A stretch of DNA of 42,581 nucleotides from Nemertoderma westbladi (GCA_032718475.1 JAUCBJ010005109.1:1-42581); one strand, 5' to 3'. Positions 25,258-35,870 are shown, numbered from the stretch's first letter. Numbers and translations: made by a program. Notes: generated from the letters alone by a model not told the origin.

Positions 25258-27677
25258 GGGATTTAAGTTCACCTAGTTAGGATCTAAGTTCACATAGTTA
25301 GGATCTAAGTTCACCTTAGTTAGGATCTAAGTTCACCTACTTAGGATCTAAGTTCACCTACTTAGGATCTAAGTTCACCTAGTTAGGATCTAAGATCACC
25401 GAGTTAGGATCTAAGTTCACCCAGTTAGTATCTAATTTCACCCATTTAGGATCTAAGTTCACATAGTTAGAATCTAAGTTCGCCTACTTAGGATCTAAGT
25501 TCACCTACTTAGGACCTAAGTTGACCTAGTTAGGATCTAAGTTCACCTAGTTAGGATACTAAGTTGACCTAGTTAGGATCTAAGTTCACCTAGTTAGGAT
25601 CTAAGTTCACCGAGTTGGGATCTAAGTTCACCTAGTTAGGATCTAAGTTCACCTTGTTAGAATCTAAGTTGACCTAGTTAGGATCTAAGTTCACTGAGTT
25701 AGGATCTAAGTTCATCTAGTTAGGTTCTAAGTTCACTTAGTTAGGATCTAAGTTGACCTAGTTAGGATCTAAGTTCACCGAGTTAGGATCTAAGTTCACC
25801 TAGTTAGGATCTAAGTTCACCCAGTTAGGATCTAAGTTCACCTAGTTAGGATCTAAGTTCACCTAGTTAGGTTCTAAGTTCACCTAGTTAGGATCTAAGT
25901 TGACCTAGTTAGCGATCTAAGTTCACCGAGTTAGGATCTAAGTTCACCTAGTTAGGATCTAAGTTCACCGAGTTAGGATCTAAGTTCACCCAGTTAGGAT
26001 CTAAGTTCACCTAGTTAGGATCTAAGTTCACCCAGGTAGGATCTAAATTCACCAAGTTAGGATCTAAGTTCACCTAGTTAGGATCTAGGTTCACCTAGTT
26101 AGGATCTAAGTTCACCCAGTTAGGATCTAAGTTCACATAGTTAGTATCTAAGTTCACCTACTTAGGATCTAAGTTGACCTAGTTAGGATCTAAGTTCACC
26201 GAGTTGGGATCTAAGTTCACCTAGTTAGGATCTAAGTTCACCTAGTTAGAATCTAAGTTGACCTAGTTAGGATCTAAGTTCACTGAGTTAGGATCTAAGT
26301 TCACCTAGTTAGGATCTAAGTTTACCTAGTTAGGATCTAAGTTCACCTAGTTAGGATCTAAGTTCACCGAGTTAGGTTCTAAGTTCACCGAGTTAGGATC
26401 TAAGTTCACCTACTTAGGATCTAAGTTGACCTAGTTAGGATCTAAGTTCACCGAGTTGGGATCTAAGTTCACCTAGTTAGGATCTAAGTTCACCTAGTTA
26501 GAATCTAAGTTGACCTAGTTAGGATCTAAGTTCACTGAGTTAGGATCTAAGTTCACCTAGTTAGGATCTAAGTTCACCTAGTTAGAATCTAAGTTGACCT
26601 AGTTAGGATCTAAGTTCACTGAGTTAGGATCTAAGTTCACCTAGTTAGGATCTAAGTTTACCTAGTTAGGATCTAAGTTCACTTAGTTAGGATCTAAGTT
26701 CACTGAGTTAGGATCTAAGTTCACCTAGTTAGGATCTAAGTTTACCTAGTTAGGATCTAAGTTCACCTAGTTAGGATCTAAGTTCACCTAGTTAGGATCT
26801 AAGTTCACTGAGTTAGGATCTAAGTTCACCTAGTTAGGATCTAAGTTCACCTAGTTAGGATCTAAGTTTACCTAGTTAGGATCTAAGTTCACCTAGTTAG
26901 GATCTAAGTTCACCTAGTTAGGATCTAAGTTCACCTAGTTAGGATCTAAGTTCACCTAGTTAGGATCTAAGTTCACCTAGATAGGATCTAAGTTCACCTA
27001 GTTAGGATCTAAGTTCACCTAGTTAGGATCTAAGTTCACCTAGTTAGCATCTAAGTTCACCTAGTTAGGATCTAAGTTCACCTAGTTAGGATCTAAGTTC
27101 ACCTAGTTAGGATCTAAGTTAACTGAGTTAGGATCTAAGTTCACCTAGTTAGGATCTAAGTTCACCTAGTTAGGATCTAAGTTCACCTAGTTAGGATCTA
27201 AGTTTACCTAGTTAGGATCTAAGTTCACCTAGTTAGGATCTAAGTTCACCTAGTTAAGTTCTAAGTTCACCTAGTTAGGATCTAAGTTGACCTAGTTAGG
27301 ATCTAAGTTCACCTAGTTAGGTTCTAAGTTCACCTACTTATGATCTAAGTTCACCTAGTTAGGTTCTATGTTGACCTAGTTAGGATCTAAGTTCACCTAT
27401 TTAGGATCTAAGTTCACCAACTTAGGATCTAAGTTCACCTACTTAGGATCTAAGTTGAGCTAGTTAGGATCTAAGTTCACCGAGTTAAGATCTAAGTTTA
27501 CCAACTTAGGATCTAAGTTCACCTACTTAGGATCTAAGTTGACCTAGTTAGGATCTAAGTTCACCTAGTTAGGACCTAAGTTGACCTAGTTAGGATCTAA
27601 GTTCACCAGTTAGGATCTAAGTTCACCTAGTTAGGATCTAAGTTCATCGAAGTCATGCCTTGCAGGATCTAAGTTCG
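25258..27677. repeat. 21-bp satellite (TAGTTAGGATCTAAGTTCACC)n, about 113 units
   Basis: Same unit and flanks as 17548-18850 but nearly twice as long. Confidence 0.98.
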
Positions 27678-27737
27678 TTTCACCCAACAGAACCATACGG
27701 TGGCCCATAAGTGACAGCCATACAACATTTATAAAAC

Positions 27738-28055
27738 AACATTAACATTTAGGTTATCAACATTAACATTTAGGTTATCAACATTAACATTTAGGTTATC
27801 AACATTAACATTTAGGTTATCAACATTAACATTTAGGTTATCAACATTAACATTTAGGTTATCAACATTAACATTTACTCTATCAACATTAACATTTACC
27901 CTATCAACATTAACTTTTAGGTTATCAACATTAACATTTAGGTTATCAACATTAACATTTATGTTATCAACATTAACATTTATGTTATCAACATTAACAT
28001 TTAGGTTATCAACATTAACATTTAGGTTATCAACATTAAAATTTAGATATCAACA
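27738..28055 (+). repeat. Left subterminal 21-bp array (CAACATTAACATTTAGGTTAT)n of the transposon
   Basis: About 15 units. Mirrored by the reverse-complement array at 30819-31080. Confidence 0.95.
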
Positions 28056-28147
28056 TTATTATATTCATTATTCATTTATTCCTTATTATCAACTTTGCAT
28101 TTATTCAACCTACACCCCCATTACATTAGGTACCGGCACAGAGTAAT

Positions 28148-29275
28148 ATGGCATCTGAAGAGGAACTTATCACTCATTATTTTAATTGTGGATTTTCGTA
28201 TAAAGAAATTGTAACATTTTTACACGCTTTCGGTTTAAATTTGAGTATTAGGACATTGCTAAGGCGCCTACTACATTATGGTTTATATAGACGTAGAGAA
28301 AATAATCATCTGCATCTGATCTCTGAAGAGGCAATTCGTGAGAGAATAAAGAATGTAATTGAAGGACCAGGGAGTCTTGCAGGATACCGCACTGTTTGGC
28401 ACGCGCTTCGTTTACAGGGAGTAGTTGTTCCACGTCTGTTAGTACAGAAACTTCTAAAAGAGATTGACCCTGATGGGACTGAACTACGTAAACGCCACAA
28501 ACTCAAAAGAAGGGTATATTACAGTCGAGGACCCAACTATACTTGGCATATAGATGGGTACGACAAGCTCAAACCCTGGGGGTTCCCTATTCACGGCTGT
28601 ATTGATGGTTATAGCCGCAAGATACTTTGGTTAAATGTGATCCGTTCAAATAACTGCCCCGATAACATTGCTTCTTTGTTTCTCAACACTATTAAAAACT
28701 TAGGTTATCCCCAAAAACTAATTAGCGATCTCGGTACAGAAAACTGTATCGCTGCTTCTATTCAAGCCTTTCTACATCAAAATATAAACGCTCACCGTTA
28801 TGTTTCCTCCCAGCATAATCAGCGTATCGAGGCCTGGTGGTCTCAGTTTTCGAAAACACGATCATTGTGGTGGCGGAATTTTTTCGGTGATCTAGAAGCA
28901 CGCGGTGTCATAGACTTGAGTTCCCCACTAGCAAAAGAGTGTTTATGGTACTGTTTTTCTGGGATAATTCAGGACGAACTCAATCTCGTGAAAGAACAGT
29001 GGAACACACACCTAATAAGAAAGTCCCAGTATAGTAGAGTAAATGGACGTCCGGATTGTTTGTACTATCTTTCAGAAGATAGTTTCAATTCAGAGATCTC
29101 GGTTCATGATTTAAATTCTTTAATGGACCATATCATAGTGCCACAGTATAGAAATATCTATCAGGACTATTTATCCATGGTATTTACTATCAAACAACTG
29201 CCATTCTCATCTGATGTAGGAACCGCCCTTACGAACTATGAAACTCTAATGCACGTGGCGGAACAGGGGCAGTGA
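28148..29275 (+). CDS. DDE transposase (integrase-core, IS3/IS481-related, IS3EU-type), 375 aa, intact and intronless
   Basis: N-terminal HTH-like region and GYR motif. Predicted triad D136 (WHIDG), D194 (ISDLGTEN) and E228 (NQRIE), D-33-E spacing. IDGYSR motif. Lies inside the TIRs. Confidence 0.9.
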   Translation: MASEEELITHYFNCGFSYKEIVTFLHAFGLNLSIRTLLRRLLHYGLYRRRENNHLHLISEEAIRERIKNVIEGPGSLAGYRTVWHALRLQGVVVPRLLVQKLLKEIDPDGTELRKRHKLKRRVYYSRGPNYTWHIDGYDKLKPWGFPIHGCIDGYSRKILWLNVIRSNNCPDNIASLFLNTIKNLGYPQKLISDLGTENCIAASIQAFLHQNINAHRYVSSQHNQRIEAWWSQFSKTRSLWWRNFFGDLEARGVIDLSSPLAKECLWYCFSGIIQDELNLVKEQWNTHLIRKSQYSRVNGRPDCLYYLSEDSFNSEISVHDLNSLMDHIIVPQYRNIYQDYLSMVFTIKQLPFSSDVGTALTNYETLMHVAEQGQ

Positions 29276-29596
29276 ATCACGAATGAACAAGTGAATTGCA
29301 CAAAAGACTGCTCCCCCAAACTCACACTGTAGGAAACCAATTGCTATAATCGTTCATCAAATTCAAATTTGTACTACAGTACAATTTGTACTACAATATT
29401 AAGAGATGCGTTGTACATACAGTACAGTAGTATTGTTTTATATTGTTTATATTTAATGATTTTTATTCTTGTGTTTTAAGTGAAGCAAATTCGGTAATTA
29501 CTACATCTAATTCTAAGCTATCTAATGTTTCTGACTCTATACTAAGAAGGGCTAGTTCTGACAATCGTTTCTCTGACATTGTAGTACGTAGGTAAC

Positions 29597-29801
29597 AGGG
29601 GCGTAGCCAGGAATTTTTATGGGGGGTGGATCCATGACTTATTTATTAAGTTTCACTTCGGTTCATTGAGCAACTTTAAATATTCAACATTTTAATAATA
29701 TGTACTGTAGAAAACATCAATGTATTTAATAAAAGATAGATAACTCACCAGGGGAAATCTTATTGCTTGGGACCCCCCCCCCCCCCCCCCCCCCCCCCCC
29801 C
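29597..29801 (+). mobile_element. Truncated MITE-like insert inside the IS3EU-like element
   Basis: CAGGGGCGTAGCCAGGAATTTTT start, a common MITE terminus, ending in a poly-C tract. The right TIR is absent. Confidence 0.35.
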
Positions 29802-29919
29802 GAATGGAAATGGAAACGGTGAACGGCAAAATAACTCTATATTTTACAATATCTAATATCTATGATGATTTAACTAAGAATATCTAATGCAAAATTTAAT
29901 TCCAATTAGTTCACAATGT

Positions 29920-30597
29920 TCAGTGCATCGAAAAGGCCTGACCTTTAGAAAATGCAAGAAGTAAGTTTTCGTTAAAATCCCGAGGAATCTTCATGTGACA
30001 CACAGGAAAAGTTATACTGCGCGCACAAGCCCCAACAACAGGAAAACAGATGCTGTGACCTGGATTTCTAACGTGACAATCATGGTCGAAATTAACAGTT
30101 ATGAAAAAATCGCCGCTCGATAAAGGTTTGTGTTTCTGGCCTGTTAGCCAACCCAACATTCCACTCGGTGTCATATCTGGTGACAACCACTCGGCATTTT
30201 CGTTGTCATGGTCACTCCCGCCATCAACGGCTATAGGTTCCTTAAAACCTTCAATGTTTTCATCCTCCAGAGACATTAAAAAATCTTGGAAGTTATCTAT
30301 GACAGCTTCTTCCCACTCCTTACGCGTTGAACTCTGAGAATACTGTGGCTTCAGAATCGATACTACGTAATTAGCAGTAACATCCGTGCTGGAGGAGGAC
30401 TCTGGTATGATAAACAGGTCACGACATAATTCTTTGTTGTTATTTAACATCCCTCTAAGACCATACATTTCTAGTCCTCGGCAAAATTCATCAGTGTATA
30501 ATTTACGCCTTGTCAATACACTGACAGTTAGGGTGCCAATTATCTGATTTGCATTTTCCACAGTTATCCTACCAGTTCCATTCCATACTAGTTCCAT
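29920..30597 (-). CDS. HECT-domain (G2E3-like) E3 ubiquitin ligase C-terminal portion, probably N-terminally truncated
   Basis: EFCRGLEMYGL..CRDLF, EEAVIDNFQDFL, LGWLTG, and FPVVGAC(191)ARSITFP equivalent to HECT LPxAHTCFNxLxLP. The Cys is 34 aa from the C-terminus and Phe sits at position -4 (AFSMH-stop). Confidence 0.75.
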   Translation of the reverse strand: MELVWNGTGRITVENANQIIGTLTVSVLTRRKLYTDEFCRGLEMYGLRGMLNNNKELCRDLFIIPESSSSTDVTANYVVSILKPQYSQSSTRKEWEEAVIDNFQDFLMSLEDENIEGFKEPIAVDGGSDHDNENAEWLSPDMTPSGMLGWLTGQKHKPLSSGDFFITVNFDHDCHVRNPGHSICFPVVGACARSITFPVCHMKIPRDFNENLLLAFSKGQAFSMH

Positions 30598-30818
30598 TCC
30601 AATTCCATACTAGTATCTAGTCTAGGGTTCGATAGATACCGGTACCGGTGCTGTAAGTTCCTGTTGTTTCAGTTTTCAGTATCAAATAATGTACCGGTAC
30701 TAAAATGTTGATACCGGTAGGGTAAATGGTGTGTAATTGGTGGCTACAGGTACTGTAAGTTCCTGTTGTCTCAGTTTTCTGTAACGAATAATATATAGGC
30801 CTACCGGTACGGTACTAT

Positions 30819-31080
30819 ATGTTAATGTTGATAACCTAAATGTTAATGTTGATAACCTAAATGTTAATGTTGATAACCTAAATGTTAATGTTGATAACCT
30901 AAATGTTAATGTTGATAACCTAAATGTTAATGTTGATAATCTAAATGTTAATGTTGATTTATAAATGTTAATGTTGATAACCTAAATGTTAATTTTGATA
31001 ACCTAAATGTTAATGTTGATAATCTAAATGTTAATGATGATTTATAAATGTTAATGTTGATAACCTAAATGTTAATGTTG
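30819..31080 (-). repeat. Right subterminal 21-bp array of the transposon
   Basis: (ATGTTAATGTTGATAACCTAA)n, about 12 units, reverse complement of the left array. Confidence 0.95.
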
Positions 31081-31245
31081 TTTTATAAATGTTGTATGGC
31101 TGTCACTTATGGGCCACCGTAGAACCAGCATCACGTCCAGGTCGCACAGTATTAAAACAACATGCAGTAGTATGCATTGTTGCACCATACAACATGCATT
31201 GTTGACATTGATTAACGATATTAAAAATATAATAAGTTCAACAGA

Positions 31246-33882
31246 TTGTTCCAATGTGCTACTTACTGGAGAGGAGACATTAATGCAGATTTTTCACGTT
31301 TGTCGACTCATGTGCAGGCTATAAGCCAATTTTTACAGGAATTTAATTTAGATCGATTGTGGGATTTAAATCCTATAGATTTTACCTATACATGTTACAG
31401 AGATCAGTCTATATTTCACTCCACTTTGGATCACTTTTTTGGTAATAAATTGTTATTTGATAACACTGTGGAATCTGGTGTAATACATTCCGGTGCCAAC
31501 TTGTCAGGTCACTGTCCTATATACTTAAAGTTAAATATTTGTGTCACTAATCTGAAAGCTGGTATTACGACTGATGTCAATAGTAGCTGTAATAATAGTA
31601 ATGTCAATTTTAAACGTGCTACTTGTGAGCAGCAGCGTGAGTTTGGTATAAAACTAACTGGTGCTTTAAATGATATAGAACCTTTACCTGGTGTAGTATT
31701 GTGTGATAATATTTTTTGCACCGATCCTAGCCATAGACTGGATATCGAAAAATACACATTGGAAATTCTTGAAGCGATTGATGGGTGCTCCAGTTGTTGC
31801 CTTGGCAATGGTAAACAAACAGGGGAGTCCAATGTACCAGCTGACAGGCCAATTTTGCCAGGTTGGTCAAATCATGTAAAACCTTTTAAGGAAGAAGCCA
31901 TATTTTGGCACAGTTTATGGGTATCAGCAGGCAGCCCCAACGCTTCCGAGAATGAACATCTCTTTCATATGCGCCGGGTTACTAGAGCACAGTACAAGTA
32001 CGCTGTACGTAGATTGAAGAAGTCTGCAGATAAAGTTCGCCGCGATAAACTTATACAGGCTTGTTTGCAAACTAACTCAGATATATTTAGAGAAATTAAG
32101 AAACTTCGTTCAGTTCCCTGTACTGTTAGTGCTACAGTTGATGATTGTTCCGATCCACAGTCTATAGCCAATAAGTTTGCCAGTATTTACTCCGATTTAT
32201 TCAATCAACCGTATGACTCTAATATTGAACAATTAAAACAGACAATTGAATATAAGTTAAGAGGTTCTACAGACGATTTTCACAAAATCTCACCCGAGTT
32301 GGTTGACGAGGCCTTACATAGATTAAAAAGTTCAAAATCGGACGTTACTTTTGGGTTCGACTCGGATTGTTTGATTAATGGTCCTCCTGAATTACGGTTA
32401 CATATTAGTAAATTGTTCAACTCTTTCTTATTTCACGGTTTTGTTCCGCAGTTCATCCTGACATGTGTTATTATTCCATTAATTAAAGACAAACTGGGTA
32501 ATCAGAATACATCTAATAATTACAGGGCGATTGCTCTATCCTCGTTATTGATTAAACTGTTCGAGTGGGTAATGCTTCTATCCCAGTCACAAAGGTTGCT
32601 ATTGGACGAATTGCAGTTTGGGTTCCAGTCTGGCTCCAGTACTACCCAATGTACTTGGGCGGCCTCTGAGGTCGTTGGATATTACTCCCGGCATTCTACT
32701 CCGGTCTATGGTTGTCTACTAGATTTGTCAAAGGCGTTCGACATGGTTGAATGGGGCAAATTATTCCTAGAACTAATTAAGAAAGGTTTCTCGGCTTTAT
32801 TTCTTCGTGTTTTATTATGGATTTACTGTAACCAATCCTGTTGTGTGCGGTGGAATAATTCGCATTCTGACTCGTTCACTCTATCAAACGGGGTTAGACA
32901 AGGTTCCGTGGCCAGCCCAATTTTGTTCTGTGTACTACTAGACAAGTTGATAAAAAAGTTACGATCTTCGAAAGTAGGGTGCCATATAGGAAAGGTTTAC
33001 TTAGGGATCTTAGCTTACGCCGATGACATTCTTCTGCTCTGCCCCTCCATACTTGGTCTTCAATACATGGTATCTCTTTGTGAAGATTTTGCAAAGGAAC
33101 ACAACCTCGTATTTAGCACGAACGCCGATCCTGATAAATCGAAATCTAAATGTATACGTTTCGACTCCATATGGTCTGAGCCTCATATTCACATCGGTTT
33201 AAATGGGGTTAATCTTCCGTGGGTGAAGCAGGCGCTGCATCTTGGGAATGTAATGGATTATAAGAATTCAATGGAACCCGATACTTTACGTAAACGCGGT
33301 CAATTCATAGGAAAGATAAATGCATTACGACAAGAATTTTATTTCGCGGATCCGTATCAATTGTGTAACATACAACGAATTTATGCCACATGTTTTTATG
33401 GTAGTAGTCTTTGGGACCTTTTTTCTCCACAATGTACACGTATTTATAGTGCTTGGAATATCAATGTTAGGATTATTTTTGGCTTACCCCGTACAACACA
33501 TAGATATATCGTAGAAAATATTGTGCAGTTCAATCACCCATGTATAATGATTCAATCTAGGTTTGTTTCGTTTGCTCAAAGTTTATTGACCTCTTTAAAA
33601 CCATCTATTCGTTTCTTGGCAGAATTATTTTTATTTGATTGTAGATCTCGTGGCGGGTGTAATTTTAGGAAAATTGGCAATTTATGTAATGAACACAATT
33701 TAAGATTATTAAAACATAATCGCGTTAAGATATTGAAGTATGTACCATGCAGTGACGGTGCTAACAATTATAAAGTGCGCATTTGTAGGGAACTTTTGGA
33801 TTGCCGGCTGAGCACTTTAGAAGTGCCGGGGTTTTCTGCAGAAGAATTAGATTATATGTTATCGTATATGTGTACAAGCTGA
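31246..33882 (+). CDS. LINE ORF2: C-terminal part of APE endonuclease plus reverse transcriptase (no true start codon)
   Basis: APE motifs GDINAD, FTY, STLDHF and LSGH (canonical SDH). RT motifs NYRAIAL, QFGF, LDLSKAFD, GVRQG..SPILF, YADD and HLG. Confidence 0.93.
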   Translation: MFQCATYWRGDINADFSRLSTHVQAISQFLQEFNLDRLWDLNPIDFTYTCYRDQSIFHSTLDHFFGNKLLFDNTVESGVIHSGANLSGHCPIYLKLNICVTNLKAGITTDVNSSCNNSNVNFKRATCEQQREFGIKLTGALNDIEPLPGVVLCDNIFCTDPSHRLDIEKYTLEILEAIDGCSSCCLGNGKQTGESNVPADRPILPGWSNHVKPFKEEAIFWHSLWVSAGSPNASENEHLFHMRRVTRAQYKYAVRRLKKSADKVRRDKLIQACLQTNSDIFREIKKLRSVPCTVSATVDDCSDPQSIANKFASIYSDLFNQPYDSNIEQLKQTIEYKLRGSTDDFHKISPELVDEALHRLKSSKSDVTFGFDSDCLINGPPELRLHISKLFNSFLFHGFVPQFILTCVIIPLIKDKLGNQNTSNNYRAIALSSLLIKLFEWVMLLSQSQRLLLDELQFGFQSGSSTTQCTWAASEVVGYYSRHSTPVYGCLLDLSKAFDMVEWGKLFLELIKKGFSALFLRVLLWIYCNQSCCVRWNNSHSDSFTLSNGVRQGSVASPILFCVLLDKLIKKLRSSKVGCHIGKVYLGILAYADDILLLCPSILGLQYMVSLCEDFAKEHNLVFSTNADPDKSKSKCIRFDSIWSEPHIHIGLNGVNLPWVKQALHLGNVMDYKNSMEPDTLRKRGQFIGKINALRQEFYFADPYQLCNIQRIYATCFYGSSLWDLFSPQCTRIYSAWNINVRIIFGLPRTTHRYIVENIVQFNHPCIMIQSRFVSFAQSLLTSLKPSIRFLAELFLFDCRSRGGCNFRKIGNLCNEHNLRLLKHNRVKILKYVPCSDGANNYKVRICRELLDCRLSTLEVPGFSAEELDYMLSYMCTS

Positions 33883-33972
33883 TCATTTCTACTTAGTTAC
33901 CATAGTCTATATTTATATTTATATTATATATTATATTATATATTCAGTATATTTGTGCTTGCTGTACTCTAG

Positions 33973-34140
33973 TGTGGAACAACGTACGTAATGTTTGGAA
34001 TCTACCTTTTAAGTCTCACAGATATATTATAGTCGAAGGAATTGTAAGTTTTTGTCACCGTCTTATAATGTTATATAACCGATTTATAAAGTTTGTTAAT
34101 ACTACTTTGTTATCGGACAAATTATGTGTCAGTTTTTCTT
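33973..34140 (+). pseudogene. Diverged second copy of the RT C-terminal region inside the LINE 3' UTR
   Basis: WNNVRNVWNLPFKSHRYIIVEGIVSFCHRLIMLYNRFIKF aligns with ORF2 WNINVRIIFGLPRTTHRYIVENIVQFNHPCIMIQSRFVSF. Confidence 0.75.
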
Positions 34141-35389
34141 TTGTTGGTGTATTTTTAAAATTAGGCCTGATCTGATATCTCTATGATGTGTCTATTATGC
34201 CGTCACTTGTTGATCTTACCTTTATTATATATTATTATTTACCTTGTGCTAATCTTTATATGTATACTGTATAATACATACCGGTACGCTGTACTTATAT
34301 TGTTATGATGCATTTCATATATATATAATGTACGAAAATAAATAAATTAAATTATACTACGGGCAGATCTGCCACTGCTACAGCAACGAAGCTAGTTCCA
34401 GGAGGGCCCACGCCCCACGGCACCGTAACCATGTAGGATGGGACCCCTCCAAGCGGTAGGCATAAAGTAAACTGCAAGTGGGGTCCCTGCGAGGGGGGAA
34501 ATTGAATATAGGACAGCAAAATGAACCAAGCGTTAATAAACAAAAAATAGGAAGTACTGTAGTAATATTTTAGTAACAGTTATGGATAGATAACAACCAT
34601 AAATATAACCAATGAACAAAGGCATTAAGGATTAGCAAACAAATACCGTGACTAGTTGAAGTTGAAAAACACATAGTTCAGATAGAGCCATGATAAAAAG
34701 TAGAAACCAAGAGAGAGGATTCAGATACTAATGGGAAAATTGAGAAAGGAACCAGAAAGGGCTTGGCTTAGTTAGTATGACCACTGCGGGATTTAAAAAA
34801 CACAAGAGAATAATATTAATATGTTACCCATAAATTGCTATGAAATCAAACTGATAATGTCGTTGGAAACCAGTGGCACCACAAAAAGGAATGCGATTTG
34901 ATTGTTACTGTGATTTCCATGTCAATAATGCCAGAAAAGCAGTGCACAATGTATTAATTACCATGAGACAAGAATGAGACTAGAGAAAATCGCTGTGCTA
35001 CGACAGTATGTCATAATGAGAGAGGAATAAATTGAGCAATAACACTATATATTTTATATATCTCTTCTACAAAATCAGTAATTTATATTTAATGACCTTA
35101 AACTACGCATTCATTAGTCACGGCTGCAATGTGAATGGTATTAATATTAATACATTACAAATGTCGATATATTACTGAATATTATAATGTATAAATTTCT
35201 TATATCCATACTTTGAAGGGTGTGCTTGTATATTAGGAATAACATATATATTTAATACTGTAGCTTAAAATAATTTACTTTCCTAATAGGTTAACTGTGG
35301 CCATGGGTCGGTAGCCATGGGGCTTTATAGGGTTTTGCTAAACTCTAGTACCATAGATAGGCTAAAAGAGAGACTAATACTTCCGTATA

Positions 35390-35870
35390 AGATAAGAATA
35401 TGAGAAAAAATAAGAATGCATGCTGATCCACTCCATCAGTAGCTGCTTGTAGATTGTGGTAGAAATTTTCCACCTCCTCTACAGGGGCAACACTAGTTGG
35501 AGAGTAGCACACAATCAGAACGACCTTAGGAAACTTCTTAGCCAGTCTTCCAGAACATGAGAAGTGGCAACGGATGATGCGGTTAGAGATTTGGTCTATT
35601 TTGTCCAATGCTGCATGTGCAGTTGGATTCATCAATAGACCAATTCCACCATTGCCACTACCATCGTCTGATGCGAGGGCATGTCATCAACGGCCTCATG
35701 CCCTTAATCAGAACCTCGTCAGTCTATCCAGTCTTGAATACCAACAGCGCTAAGGCAATGCTTATTGCTTATCTGCCAGGACAGCCAGCTCGCCCTGTTG
35801 CATAGGGGACCCGGCTATATGTAGATATCTATAGGCTTTCCAGGATTTGGAAGTCACAGAGAATCAATCG
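35390..35870 (-). pseudogene. RTE-type LINE endonuclease fragment (copy 2)
   Basis: ORF 35345-35635, ISNRIIRCHF..IVCYSPTSVAPVEEVENFYHNLQ. Paralog of 19970-20440. Confidence 0.75.

Larger units (their letters stand above)
27696..31121 (+). mobile_element. IS3EU-like cut-and-paste DNA transposon, 3426 bp
   Basis: About 77-bp perfect TIRs beginning TACGGTGGCCCATAAGTGACAGCC. 6-bp TSD GAACCA (27690-27695 / 31122-31127). Empty site at about 18862-18870 in copy 1. TAY..RTA ends with a 6-bp TSD fit IS3EU as I recall it from Repbase. Confidence 0.85.
31174..34352 (+). mobile_element. 5'-truncated LINE (APE-RT non-LTR retrotransposon, clade undetermined, RTE-X/CR1-group-like)
   Basis: Absent from copy 1 (cagtagtatactacggg). 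Probable 3-bp TSD TAT (31171-31173 / 34353-34355). 3' tail AAATAAATAAATTAAAT. Confidence 0.9.

Noticed and set aside
17548-27677. CRISPR array or telomeric repeat
   Set aside because: Units are contiguous with no unique spacers and no cas genes. TTAGG occurs once per 21-mer and not as tandem (TTAGG)n.
28148-29275. Bacterial IS3 contamination or LTR-retrotransposon integrase
   Set aside because: The element has long TIRs with subterminal arrays, a 6-bp TSD in eukaryotic repeat DNA and a eukaryote-type cargo. There are no LTRs, gag or RT within it.
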